From Dimargaris cristalligena (lineage: Eukaryota): a stretch of DNA of 39,536 nucleotides. Location of the stretch: contig ML002350.1 in NCBI GenBank assembly GCA_003614675.1, positions 1-39,536 on the forward strand, read 5' to 3'. A program made the translations under genes and the position numbers. Below, piece after piece: positions 9,851 through 24,800 of this stretch (position 1 is the first letter of the stretch; each line of letters begins with the position of its first letter). Under the pieces are notes generated by a model, which saw only the letters and a program-made list of their open reading frames with translations, had not been told where the DNA came from and did not search any database.

Positions 9851-12800
9851 AAGGATGCGCCTAATAGAGTTCTCCGGAATGAATAAGCCCATGGAAGATT
9901 CCGAACGATCAGTAGGAGAGATTTTTGTTGACTGTGCCCGGCAGTATCCCGATCATACTGCCGTGATTCACGGTGGTGATGAATGGACCTACCACCAGTT
10001 AGACCGGTGTAGTTCGGAACTCGCGTATATCCTCGTTAATCAATACGGGGCCAAACCCGAAAGCCGCTTTGCAATCATTATTAGTAAATCCGTCTACTTC
10101 ATAGTCGCCCTGCTGGCGATGTTTAAATCGGGGGCTGCATATGTCCCCATCGACCCAGAATATCCTGATGACCGTATTCGGTTTATTTTAGATGACTGCG
10201 ACGCCTCCCTTATTCTAACCACATTGGCCAATTATGATTGTTTTACCACTGAATTGTCACTGCCTTACTTTCAGATTGACTCCGTCGTCAACAAACAGCC
10301 ACAGACCACGACTGCCCCATTTTTTATACAATCTACAGATCTGCGTGCCTTGGCCTATATCCTATATACTTCGGGCACCACTGGTCGGCCTAAAGGCGTG
10401 CTGATACAGCAGGGGGGGGTGGCCAACGTAGCTACTGAGCCTCACCTGCGGGAGGCATACGGGCCCGGTAACCGGGTCATCCAGTTCATGTCCGTGTCCT
10501 TTGATGGCATTCTCATCGACACTTTACGTACGCTTTGCGCCGGTGGTACCGTCATTATACCCACTCTCGATATTATAGGAGATCTGCGTACAGTTCACGC
10601 CGGGCTACTTATGCCCTCATTTATATCCCGGCTGGATCCCCATGACTTCCCCCAATTTCGAGTCGTCTTTGCCGGGGGCGAATTTTTCCCTCCTGAACTC
10701 CAAACCCGATGGGCCTCCCACTGTACTCTAGTCAATATCTACGGGCCGACGGAAACGACGATTTACAGCCACCTAACAGTGATCCATCCCGAGGACCACG
10801 TTTCAATCGGGCGTCCAATCCGGAACACCTTCAGCTTAGTGGTTGACGAGCAGCTCCAGTTGGTTCCCGTTGGCGTCACCGGGGAACTACTAATCGGCGG
10901 GGTTGGGATAGCACGCGGGTACCAGAACCTACCGGAATTGACCGCCGCCAAATTCATCCCCAACCCCCACGGACCTGGGCGAGTGTTCCGTACCGGCGAC
11001 CATGTCCGGTGGCTATCCGATGGCCGAATCGAGTTTATCGGGCGTATGGATAATTTGGTGAAGTTGCGCGGGTACCGAATCGAGCTCGAGGAAATTGAAT
11101 CAGTAGCCAATCGCTTCCCTGGTCTCAACCACTGTGTGGCTGCCGTGGTGCACGATACCCTAGTGATTTTCGTCAGTCCCGTGAATGTGGACTCTAACGC
11201 ACTTTTGGAGTACATGAGCAACCGCCTCGCCAGACAAATGGTACCTGAGCTGGTGGTTCCTGTGAAAGACTTCAAAACAGCACCTAGCGGTAAATTGGAC
11301 CGCAAAGCCCTACCCTCGGTAGACCATCTCTTGCACCCAGGACCTTCTCCAAGTTTGAATAATACCCAGACTCTTACCCTAAAGTCGGAAGCTGAACAAG
11401 TCCTCGGCAGGGCCTGGGCCCAACTACTTCAGGTGGATATCAATCAAATCTGCGCTTCTGACCATTTTTTCCGGGTTGGTGGGGATTCAATTTCGGCAAT
11501 TTTATTGGTGTCAAAGTGTCAGCAGCTGGGCTATCATCTAACCGTACCACTGGTCTACCAATACCCGGAACTTCATAAAATGGCTGACCATACCGCAAAG
11601 ATCTCCAAGGCTAAAGATAGCGTAACAATAGCTTACCAAACACAAGTCCATGGTGAGGTCAACTTAACCCCTATTCAGCATTGGTTCCTTGGTCTGCCTT
11701 TACACAATCACCACCATTTTAACCAGTCGTTTATGCTTAAAGTCAATTCGCAGTCAAATGTAACCCAGTCCAGTTTAACGGGCGCCCTCGTTGCCTTGAT
11801 TAACCACCATGACACTCTGCGGGTGCGGTTTCAATTGGATGGGAGTAAAAGGGTATGGACTCAGGAAATATCGGCAACTAACGCAGTCTCGACCGACTTT
11901 CAGATTGTGGAGGAAACTGTGGGCATTGTCGACTACCCATCCTTAATTCTTCAAATCCAATCTGGCCTGAATCTCACTACAGGGCCCGTGCTAGCGGCTG
12001 CCCTCATTCACGACCCAGTAGATAGCAGTTCCACCCGCCTTTTCCTTACTATTCACCATGCCCTGGTGGACCTTGTAGGTTGGCGCATACTAATTGAGGA
12101 CCTCAACACTCTACTCGGCCAGAAAGAACTCCCGCCCAAGACGTTATCTTTCCAGGCCTGGGCTACCCAATTGAACGACTACGCCACAGCCCTTTCTGCC
12201 GACATCTGGCCCCAACAGGTGGACCCAGCGACTCCCATATCCAATATCAGAAAGCTATTGCCCCCGCCCGAGATATCCGTCTCGGATACCCAGATTGCTC
12301 GCTTATCGGTATCCTTTGAATTTGACTGGGATTTTACCAACTCCCTCCTCTTTCAGCTCGCTCCGCAGTGGCACGTTACCCCACGTGATCTACTCTTGGC
12401 GACATTCACACAGTCGTTTGCCACTGTAGTTGGTCTATCTCAAGTCACTCTATGTATGGAGGGCCATGGCCGCGAGCCCTGGTCCCCAGACCAAGATATA
12501 ACCCGTACTGTGGGATGGTTTACCGCTCTTTATCCTCTTGTACTTCGTATTCAGCCGGGCCAGTCCCTGTACGACCTATTACGCCATACTAAAGAGGCCT
12601 TGCAACAGATTCCCGGAAAAGGGTTTCCCTATGCCTTACTTAAGTACATGCCGTCAGTCCGCCCAGAGGAGCGCGCCAAACTCGAGGCCAAGACACCTGT
12701 CCAGCTAGACGTTCAATTCAATTATTTTGGGCGGTTCACCAACACAAACGGTGATTATAGTGATGGCCCTCTATCTATTGAGTGGTCGGACTTGTTCGGT

Positions 12801-15800
12801 CTACACGATTTCGCTCCAAATGACCACGTGATTTACGATATCAACCCCATGCCCACATTAGTAGGTGACCAACTGCGCCTCGTTTTGGAATACAACCCGC
12901 GAGTGTATCATAGGGATATCATTGCCCAAATAATGAATGGCTGGCAGCGCAACCTTGTTGAACTCAATGACATGGCTCGGCATTCCCAGTCAATTGTGGC
13001 TGAACCGCTGTTCACTCGGTATGACTTCCCCCACCTCCAACTCTCTGAAACCGAGTTCAGTGAGATTCTTGGTACGCTCAACAGTCGAGGCATATCGTTA
13101 AACCAGGTGAGAGACCTATTGCCATGCATTGCGGTCCAGGGCGGATTATTGACCGGGTTAGAGGTGAACCCTTCGGCCTATCTTGTTCAGATGGCCTTCA
13201 AACTTACTGGTCCACTTGATTCCAAGCGTCTCCTTCAGGCCTGGGAGTCGGTCGCTAACCAACATTCCCCTTTACGCACAGTATTTATCGAGTCGTCAGC
13301 TAAACAATCCCAGGGGTTTGTCCAGGCCTTACTTCACCCATTTTCTACTAACTGGACGACTGGTGAAAAGCCTATTGATTCACTCGACCTATTTTTTGCG
13401 GATAACCACAAATATGGGTTCACCCTAAACGCCCACATGATCCGAAACTTTATCTTTCCAACAGCAGATCGTCTGGTGCATGACATTGTTTTAACCATTC
13501 ACCATTCCCTTATCGACGGCTGGTCACTGCCTCTGCTGCTTCAACAGTGGATGGACACTTACCACCATCCTCAGCTACTGGCCCCTCTCTTGCTTACATC
13601 ATTTGATGCCGTTGTTAGCCACATCCAAACGATTGATTCAACATCCGCCCAGGAATTCTGGTCTGATTTCCTGGGTAATTTTTCAAAGACGCCGGCACCG
13701 TTAATTCTTCCCCCGGGCTACAGTTCTTTTGGCTTTGACGCCTTAACAACTGATCTTAATGTGCCCAAGGTAGCGATGGCCAATCGGGCCCAATTGTTAG
13801 GGGTGACATTGTCAACCCTGCTACAGGCAACATATGCCCTTGTGCTGGGTCGCCTTATTGGTCAAGATGACGTGGTATTCGGAATGACGGTCTCTGGCCG
13901 CAACCTGAACCTATCGGGGATGGACCAAGTCATTGGCCCGCTTATCAACACTGTGCCCTTCCGAGTGCGCCTAGACCAGCCCTCTGTCAGTACCTGTTTG
14001 AAATCTATTTACCAAAACCAGGTAAACATGATCCCTTTCGAGCATACCATTTTGACCGATATTACCCGATGGGTCACATATGGCGAGCCCAGTCCTCTCT
14101 TTAATACCTCATTGGGCTTTGAGAATTTCCCAGACATCAAAACAAACTCCTATCACCAGCTGTCAATATCCGATATCCGCATCCACGAATTTACGGAATA
14201 CCCTCTCACCGTCAATTTTATTGACCAACCCAGTGGAATTCAAGTTAAAGTATTTTACAATACGGCCATGTATTCAAATTCAGCCATTCAGCAGTTAGTT
14301 AACATGCTCCAAACCGTCCTAGAACAAATATTAAACGCCGATCACGAAGTATCTATTGACCAGATCTCACTCTCTCCGGTATCAGCATCCCTTTCGTCCA
14401 CACCTAGATACTCGAATTCTACGGGAGCCACCATTACAACCGGTTCCTTAATTCCTGATTTAAATAATGGCTCGTTCAAGAATGACCCCAACCTCTCGGT
14501 ATATATATCTAGGAACCTAACATTATCGTATGGTCAACTCAATCAGCTAACCAATTTGCTGTCATGTCAAACCACCCAAGAAACGGTACCGGACTCTATC
14601 ACAATTGTGGCCTTGCTCGAAACGCCTGACCAACTCCTGGTTTGTTTAAATACAGCAGTCAAACTAGAGGCCCAGCTACTACCACTCGATTTGGATAGCC
14701 CTATTGGCTATTTAGTAGAGTTTATTGAATTAGTAGGTGCCAATGTTGTATGGCTACCAACTGCGATGTTAGAACTGTTTTCGCCATATTTACCGATGGG
14801 CGTCCGAGTAGTTTGTTTGCCAAATCCTTCGAGTTCTCCTAACAGTACCCTACCATCGCTTCACCAATATCAACCATCGGTCGCTCCCCAAGGCCTTACC
14901 CTGTTGCTCGCCTCGGGATGGAAATTTGCTAGCCCTATAATAACCTCCGTATCAGACTCGGCTCTATTACACACTCTCTCCTCAACCCACCCGCATGTCA
15001 GTGGCCAAGGACAGTATATTGGTTTTCCTAGTCTAGCCTTAGATTGTTCACAGGCAATTTGGTTGGTACTTTCCGGTCTACGCTTGGGTTTAACCATGGT
15101 GGTACCGGATAGCCCCAAATTAACTAAAGTCAAATCGGCCCTTTGTCATATTATAATAGCGGACCTACTTCCATCATCACCCAATGGTGTCAAGAAACTT
15201 ATCCTTTGCGACCTGGGCCAAATCACCTGGTTGGACACTGACCATTTGGCCAATACTTCCCAACCCTGTCTAGCCTATAATGGGAACATTTTCATGGGGC
15301 ACTCGTTTGTAGCTAGTGGGCAGTTAGGCACCCGTAAATTACCTTCCTTTTGTAATCCCCCAGAACATGCCTCTCTGGCGATACTTGATGGTCACGGCCA
15401 GTCTTGCCCACTGGGCGTTATTGGCCAATTGGCATTCATTAATCCGCTGGGTTTTACTATACCCAAATCCAACGAGACCTCGGTTCTTGGCTACTGGGAT
15501 AAACCTGGCATAGTATCTATTATAGGATCTCATCATCAACGAGTAACAGTCCAAGGCCGCCAGGTACATCTAGGGCTAGTGGAGGAGGTTCTAAATCAAT
15601 TTGGGCTCCGGTCCCCACGAGCTTTGCTGCTCCATGGCGATCAATTGGTAGCTTTGGTGCCAAATACCTCGGAGCAGGATCTGGTTCATCTATCCTACAA
15701 AATAGCTTCCTCTACTATTCCCTCCGCCTTTGTACCCCATGTTGTAATCCCCACCGATGCTTTTCCCCATGTGGCCGAATCCACTGAACATTGCCCCAAG

Positions 15801-18800
15801 TCCTTTGCCCAAGCCTACCTCGCTGCTCTACCTTTACGATCCTCACAGATATTATCCGATACGGAGTGGTGGTTAACTGTCGTTGTGAATGAGATTTACT
15901 CCTCTCTTCAGCAGTTACCCTCCGGTTCACCAGATACAGCGCCCGTCTGGTCCACTGCAGGTTTTCCATTGTCCAAGCTTGAACTAGTTCAATTCTTGGT
16001 CCTCGAGAAATATGGGGTGGGGTTGACTCTGGGGGATTTAGTCAAATATGGCGACATCAAATTATTAGCTGACGTAATATCCAGCCAGTTGGACACCCAA
16101 ACATTCAATATCAGTGATAAGGTTGCCACCAACGATCATGGCATTTTTAATGCCGAACCCCATTCACGCAATTATGTGTACCACCAGCCCATCTCGAGCT
16201 TCCAGCAGAGTATTTGGTCCTTTGGTCGTCTAGAGCATATTCCGCGTATTTTCTACCACCAGGCAACCATTGTCTCAACCTTTCCCTTGGCGTTTACTAC
16301 AGTTCGGCAAGTTATGGCCAAAACTGTGGCCCAACATGACTCACTAAGGTCTGCTTTTCTATGCCGCAGGGGTACTGTTGGTAGTTACATTCTTCCGTCA
16401 GTCCCACTTAACATTAAGGACCACCGGGACAGGACTTTAGTAAGCGGAGCGCTCCAGGGCTCAGCGTCTGAACAAGAATTAGAGGAACCTGAATTTAACC
16501 TATCAGCGGGAATACTGGTACAGGTCGATTTTTTCCAAGCGTCAGAAATTAAAAAAGGCGGAGTACAAACCTCCATTGTAATTCGCATCCACGAGATTGC
16601 TGGCGATGCTGTTTTCTACCAAGGTTTAGTCAATGGTCTTGTTTCGATATTATCATCTGAATCTAGAGATCTGTTGCAGCATCCAACTAGCCAATCAACC
16701 AACAATATCGTGAGGAGTCGCGTAAGGGCTGGGAGTTTGCCTTCCGCGACTGCCCCGGAGCCCATGCCAAGAAAATCCAACACACCCCAGACGGTAGGGA
16801 GCATACCTATTACCCCAGTTCTACCATTGGACTATAACCGACCTTTGCTACCAACATTTCAAAATGGGATGGTCCAAGCTCAAACCAGTACAAAATTGGC
16901 TGTAGCCGTCAAGAAAATGGCCCAGGAAATCGATTGCGATGTAGGGGATTTGTGGCTGACGCTATTTGCTGCATTCCTACTGCAGATCGCTATACCGGGG
17001 GAGGTATCCGTAGAGACAAGAGTCTCGCAAACCCCATACCGCTTGGACCATCCGCATGCCTTTGATACACATTTAAACCACACACTAATCCAAGTGGATA
17101 AGAAGTCTTCAAACAGCATACACGGATTGGCCGCCCTTATAGCTGGTCAAAAGGGGGCTACTTATACGCTATCAGGTCAGCCACCTATTCCGGCAGAAAA
17201 ACAATATGGAATCTGGGCCCAAGCGGGAGTGTATCCAAGATCCCAACTGGGTTTCCAATACCAAGCACCCGGGCCACACAGCTTTACGAGTAATCTAATG
17301 ATTCACAATGACGTCCCACTGAACACTGTCTTTGTCCATGATATAGTTTGTTTTATCGCTAAAGGAGCCGACCTTTTTGAATGCTCAGTAAGATTTAATA
17401 TGGACGTATACCTTGAGGATACCATCAGTCGAATGCTACATAATTTTCTGTATTTTTCCTACCAGGCCATTCAATTGGGTTCGAATTTGAATAACGTTCC
17501 TTTGGTCTGTGAAAGAGAGGAACGCGTCCTTCTTCAAGATTTTGCAAAGGTCTGCGAATCAACCTCTCCGACTAAACAAAGTACACCGAGTGTATTGGAT
17601 AGTTTTCACCAGGCTGCCCAGAATTATTCCAATCAAACCGCCATCGATGTATTGGGGACGACACTAACATACTCGTCACTTTTATCTCGCATAGATATCG
17701 TTGCGGAACTTCTTCAACAGACTAATGTCGGAGTCGGGGATGTCGTTGGTGTTACCGTATCAAACCACCCTAATACTGTCATCGCAATGCTGGCGGTATG
17801 GAAAATTGGCGCAATTTATGTGCCAGTCGACGCAAAGCTACCCAAGAATCGTCAAAATCTTATAATCGAAGAAGCCAATTGTGTAGCCATACTAAATACA
17901 ACCAAATCGTTGGCGGAAGGGCCCAGTGTTACCAGTACGCATGCTATGAATCTGCCAATCAGCCAGGGCGCCTCTGCTACATCAAACAATGGCACACTAT
18001 CAGACAACTTGGCCTATATCGTTTTTACCTCAGGAACCACCGGTAAACCAAAGGGTGTCATGGTTACCCACCACAGTCTGAACCATATTATAAATAACCC
18101 TGAATTCCATGACTTTCAGAAGCCGTACCAACGAGTTTTGGTGGGCGTAGCTCCTGGGTTCGACGTGTTTTTCCTCAACACTCTTCTTCCACTGTGCCAC
18201 GGATCAACCTTAGTATTCTATGGCGAAGATATAACCAAAACGCTAGCCACAGTCGACCAAGTATTCCTTGTACCATCAGTCCTCAGGATTCTTAGCCCAA
18301 CCGACTACCCGAATCTCCAGCAAATCTACTTGGCTGGTGAGCCTGTGAGTCGTGACCTGGCTGACAGGTGGCTAGCTACGGCTACGGTTACAATCTACAA
18401 CGGCTATGGACCTACAGAAACGGCCATCATTAGTCACATGACCAAAATCCCTCCTACTGGGCCTGTTCCCATCGGTCGACCTGTAACTGGTTACGAATGC
18501 TACATCCTCAACCCGAATTTACGGCTCGTTCCCATTGGGGCCGTCGGCGAAATCTACATTGGCGGCATTGGTGTCAGTAAGGGCTACATCAACCGCATCG
18601 ATCTGAATCCTATCAAGTTTATTGATAACCACTTCACGGGAAAGGGGAAATTGTACCGTACCAACGATCTAGGCCGCTGGTTAACAAACGGCCAGGTTGA
18701 ATATTTAGGGCGAATAGGTAGCCAGGTCAAGCTCCGGGGATTTCGTATTGAACTGGAGGAAATTCGGAGTGTTTTGATAGGCCAAAGCGGAGTTCACGAC

Positions 18801-21800
18801 AGCGTCGTATTTATCCACAACCAGCAGCTAATCGCGTACGTTTTTCCCGAAACCGCAGCCGATGAAGACCGCCTACAAAACATTTTGAGTGATCACTTAC
18901 CAACCTATATGGTGCCTAGCTATATCTTAGGTCTTCCCCAGGTCCCATTGACCAGGAACGATAAATGTGATATCCAGTTCCTTCGAGCCCATTTCATTGA
19001 ACACTTTAATTCCCAGCAAAAAGGAACCCCAACGACACTCGACGCAAACAATATCGACCCATCACTGGAAACTCTGGCTAAGGCTTTGGTGGATGTCCTC
19101 AGTCTATCCCCCGAACAAGTTAACCTGGGCCTATCCTTTTTTAAGCTCGGCGGTGACTCCATCTCGGCAATTCAGGTATCGTCAAAGTGTCGCCAACTCG
19201 GACTAACCATACCTGCCTCGGCCTTCCTTGGTCGAGGAACTTTACTAGACGTGGTCAAATTAATGAAGCCGATTTCGTCAGCCTCGGATAGGGCATTGGC
19301 ACCGGTCAGTAATTTCACCGCCTTCCCGCTTACTCCCATCCAACAATGGTTCTTTGACCAACCTTGGACTAACATTCACCACTTTAACCAGTCGTTTGTC
19401 CTAGAGCTGACTCAACCACTGGGTATCAGCCGTCTCAATTCAGCACTACTTAGTCTCATCAACCACCATGACATGTTACGCTGTCGATTTATCCGAGATA
19501 GTGCCAGGCCAAACATCCCGTGGGAACAGGCCATTATACCACCATTTACCGAGTTGCCCATACCTACCGCTGAGGTCAAGGTGCCACAGGAAGGGCTTAC
19601 AACTTGCTTTTTAGATATTCAGTCGTCTCTGAATATATCCCAAGGCCACCACCTGGCTGCAGGCCTGATCGCATTAACTGATGGAACTAGTAGTTCGATA
19701 ATTACCAATGGTACGGCCAAAGGGTCGACCCCCACTACAACCACTCGGCTGCTGTTTCTCACTATCCACCATCTAGTCGTAGATTTGGTATCTTGGTCTG
19801 TTTTACTCGAAGACCTAGTGCTGCTACTAGAGGGTCGCCAGCCTATCCCACAACATCTGTCATTTGCAACCTGGGCTACTGAGCTGACTAACCGGTTCAA
19901 TCAATCCGCGGCTGCCGAAAAAGAAACCAAACTCTGGTCCACTGAGGCATTTCCTAAGCCCTTTTTACCCCGCGTGGACTCTGATTACTTGTCATTGAAT
20001 ATCCAAGGTAATGCTCAGCACCAGATGCTTACACTACATCCTGCCTTATCCAATTCTCTACTCCAAATTGGAAAGTGCCTTAGTCAGCCGTTGGAGATTA
20101 TGCTGGCTGCATTATTCCAATCCCTATTTCTGGTGACCCAAGAATCAATGATTACGGTATTCAATGAGTCACACGGTCGTCAGCTCCTACAACCATCTGC
20201 CGATACCAGCCGTATTGTGGGTTGGTTTACGGCCCTAGTACCCTGCTGTGCCCAAGTTGGTTCTAATACAACAATCGCCGACTACCTTAAACTGGCCAAA
20301 CGTGCACTCCACCCTTCCGCCCAGCTTGACTTGACTCAGTGGCCGTACAAGAAAATGGATCATACATCCCACATGTACACCCCCTGCCATCCCTTGGATC
20401 TGGTGTTTAATTACTTTGGGAAAATAGTTGACGATGATTGTCTCACTACTAATGGGAAAGCCCCATGGGTCCCTCGACTGGACCTGACCTCCACTCTGGC
20501 CAACTGTGATGCCTCTGAAACCCGCCCCCAATTACTGGAAATACTCGGTATTCAAACAGTAACAGGCCTCCAGTTTTCCTTTCAATACTGCCCACAGGTT
20601 ATATCGTCGTCTATAATCACCGATATTATGGTCCGGTTTGAGGAATCGATTCGCAGTATAATTGGACATATATCTCAATTCCCCGAAATGGCCTACTGGG
20701 TACCCCTGGACTTCCCCCTGCTAAAGGGAAGTCAGTCAGACCTTGCCAAGATTGAAAGTGAGCTCCATGAATTGAACATAGTGTCGGCCGAAGTTGAGGA
20801 CATCTACCCCATGCTGCCGACGCAGATAGGCTTACTGGCAACTACGGCGAAGGATTCGACCAAGTACCTGGCTCATTTGACCTTTACCATTGAGGGCCTG
20901 GTTACCCTGACTCAGCTAAAAACAGCGACAGGCTCGATAGTCGCTCTTCACCCTATTATGCGGACAAAATTCTTGACAAACTGGTACAACGATTTCAATA
21001 CTGGGGCTCAAGTGACCATGAAGCCCGGACATTTTGACTTGGATTTTATCAAAGAGTGGTCTGACGTTGGGGTGGCGAATGAAGCGGGATATCTCCAGAA
21101 AATTATGGATAAGGGTTTTAACCCTGGTAGCCCACCTATCCATTTTGGGTTAAAGCAGCTTAACAAAACCAAGTTCCGTTACTATGTGACAGCCCACCAT
21201 GCCTTACTGGACGGGTGGTCGGTAGCAATATTCCTGGACCAGTTACGCCATTATATCAGTACCCCGCAGATTGGACTAATGCCCAAAGCCACTTTCAAGA
21301 CTTATATCCAGTATATTCAAGAATTGGACCATTCCGCCGCCCTGGAATTCTGGAACGAGTACCTGGGCGGTGTAAAACAGCCTACTGAGCTGCAGCTTCC
21401 TAAGGCACAAGTTACCCCTGACATCCCAAACTCCGCCACCAACTGCGTACTTCACCCCCAAGCGAATCGAATTCAGAACCTGGCCCGGCTAATGAACACC
21501 ACTCCCTATACCTTCATCAAGGCGGCATGGGCGCTTTTACTCAGTCGGTACACCGACCAAACCGACGTGATTTTCGGCAACACGGTCTCTGGAAGGGCAC
21601 TTCCTTTAGAGGGCATCGAGGAGATCGTCGGATGTCTCATCAACACATTGCCCTTCCGGGTGCAGGTGGATCCCAATCAGACTGTTAGCCAGTATATCAA
21701 TCAAATTGGTGCTGATTCTCAGCATATTACACCCTACGAATACTGTCACTTGGCGGATATTGACACCAAGCTAGTGGGGTCAATCAGTGCCAAACATATG

Positions 21801-24800
21801 TTTAATACCCTGATTGTCTATGAGAATTATCCCAGTTCACGGCTTAAGAAGTATACGCAACAAGTTACATTCAGTGACATCGTGTCGGATGTGGCCACCG
21901 AATACCCACTATCGTTGATGTTTCAAATACAAAACAATGAATTAGTTGCTACATTCAGCTGGCATACCGCTGCATTTGACGCGCCCTGTGTTGGATCTCT
22001 AATCAAGCATTTCCACTCAATTTTTAAGGCTTTGGTGTCAAAGGTCGAAACCTCGGATATGGATAGTTTAATCGGGGAGATCCCTATGTTGTCTCCCTCT
22101 GAAGTTAAATTGTTAACCGATTCCTTTGCCAGGCCCCACAGGGATATTGATTTCCAAACCTGCATTCCTGGCCTATTTAGCAACATGGCTCACCAGACAC
22201 CCACAGAGGTTGCGGTAGAACATGCTGGTGTCAAATACACATACGCCGAATTGCACACACAGGTTATACTCGCAGCCCAAGTTTTCAATTCGTTAGGCAT
22301 TAAGCCGGAAGAACCGATTGGCATAATTATTGAGCGCCTTCCAAGTACGATTGTGGCAATGCTGGCTGTCCATTTCGCGGGGGCCGCCTTTGTCCCTATT
22401 GACCCGGAGTATCCTCTGGACCGCATAAAATATATTATCGGGGACTGCAGCATCCGGTATATGTTTTCCAATGCGAAGGACCTCACCAAAGCCCGCCAGG
22501 CTACCCAAGATTGTCATATTCGACTAATTTTCCAGGAAGACCTATTCGACATGACTCTCAAAGAGGTAGGGGAGCATTCCCGGCCACTGCCTTCCATCCG
22601 GCCTAACCATTTATCACATATTCTGTACACCTCGGGTACCACGGGTAAGCCGAAGGGGGTCCAAATGGAGCATCGAGTATTGGCCAACCTAGTGCAACAG
22701 AGCGACAACGTAATGGCAGTGACTAAAGGGTTGCGGGTTATGCAGAACATGGCACTCACCTTTGATGGTGCCCTTTACGAAATCATGGGTGCCCTATGCA
22801 ATGGAGCTACTCTGGTCTTACCCACAGAACTTCTGGAAACTCTATCCCAAGTGGACATCCTTACCGCAACTCCCACTATGCTCTCGTCGATTGACCCTAC
22901 CCACTACCCTAATATCCAGAAGGTTGTGGCGGGTGGGGAAGCATTTCCCCTCCAAGTAGCCGAGCGTTGGGCCCGCCACTGCCAAGTATATAACATGTAC
23001 GGACCAACCGAATGTATTGTCAGCCATACTGTCGAGTTCAAACTGGGAGATCAAATCACGATTGGTCACCCGATTCCCAACACGGAATGTTATATTCTTG
23101 ACCGCCATCTACGCCCCATGCCGATTGGTATCCCCGGCGAGCTCTATATAGGAGGTATCTGTGTCACTCGAGGCTATGTTAATCTACCCGAACTTAACGT
23201 GGAGCGCATTCTTCCTAATCCATTTACAGGCCAAGGTTATATCTACCGCACAGGTGACATTGGTCGTTGGCACTCTAATGGAACCATCGAATATATAGCT
23301 CGGCGGGATGATCAGCTTAAAGTTCGCGGCCACCGGGTTGAGCCCCAAGAGATCGAAGCCGTTTTGCTCAATTATTCGGGAGTCGAGAGTGCCGCCGCGG
23401 TTATGTCATCCGGCAAACTTCACGGATTTGTAAGTCCCAACTTGATTTCCATCCAAGACATCAAAGCCCATCTCTCAACACATCTTCCGCATTACATGAT
23501 TCCACATACCGTTTTTGCCCTCGACGCACTACCCCAAACTATCAACGGCAAAACCGACAAACGAGCGTTGATAAGTATGCTTCCGGAGCTAACGAATAAG
23601 TACACTACGCTGACTATTACAGCTCCGCAGAGCCCCGCACAGCTGCTCCTTGTGAATGCCCTTAGCCAGACGCTGAATGTCCCTGCTGTTGAGATTGTTC
23701 TCCACCATTCATTTTTCCAATTAGGGGGTGACTCGATTTCAGCCATTCGGTTGTCTTCTATATGCCGGGATAGTGGGCTACACCTATCGATGGCTCAAAT
23801 ATTTAAGAGTACGAATATTATACAGTTGGCCGAGTTCTCTTCCCAAGAGAATATGCCCGCCAACTCAACAAAAATCGATACTCGTAATATCTACCAGCCC
23901 TTTTCTCTTCTAGAACCGACTGAATCGCCTCATGCAACGGTGGACTCCTTAGTGAAAGAAGCGGCTTATCAGTTGAAACTTAATCCGGAAGACATTACGG
24001 ATATTATGCCAACGTCAAGCTTGCAGATAGGGTTTCTCATCAACACCCTCAAAGATCCGACCGCATATATGGTCCAGCAGTCGTACATGATTACAGGCCC
24101 CCTTGACGAAGCTCGCCTTCAACGTGCTTGGCATCAAGTGGCCAAGAGACACACGACTTTAAATACCAAATTTTTCCAACCCGGTTCGCTCTCAACCCAC
24201 AGTTTCTTACAAGTGATCACTCAAGCTTGTGACATTGAGTGGTCATTCAGCCCCAGTAGAACTTGCGATGACTGGGCCGAGTTGCAACAGGCTTACCTTG
24301 CTTCAGATCGTCGCCGCGGGTTCACCTTTGACGGGCCATTACTACGGTTGGCATTTTACAAATTATCTTCCACTGATGAACAGAAGCACGAGTGTCTATT
24401 TACTTTCCACCATGCCTTACTCGACGCTTGGTCCCAAAACCAAATCATGGCGGAGTGGTCTGAGCTATACCATGGTATTGCCCTGGCGCCCTGCACTCAA
24501 TTTACGGACTATATCGCTTATCTCCGGTCCCTTGACCAATCCGAAGTTCGTCAGTATTGGGAAGCTAATCTGGACGGGGCTTTGCCTACTCCAGCCATCC
24601 AGTTTCCCGTCTACGCCACGGCTCCTCAGGGCGAATTTGGTTTATATACCTCCAAACTGTCTATTGACTCGACTGCGCTGCAGAGTTTCTGTCGCAAATA
24701 CCATATAACTCTGAATTCCCTTTTACGGAGTGTATGGGCCCTTACACTGGCCCGCTATTTAGACCCATCCGGTGAAGTGACCTTTGGCGTACTTACTTCT

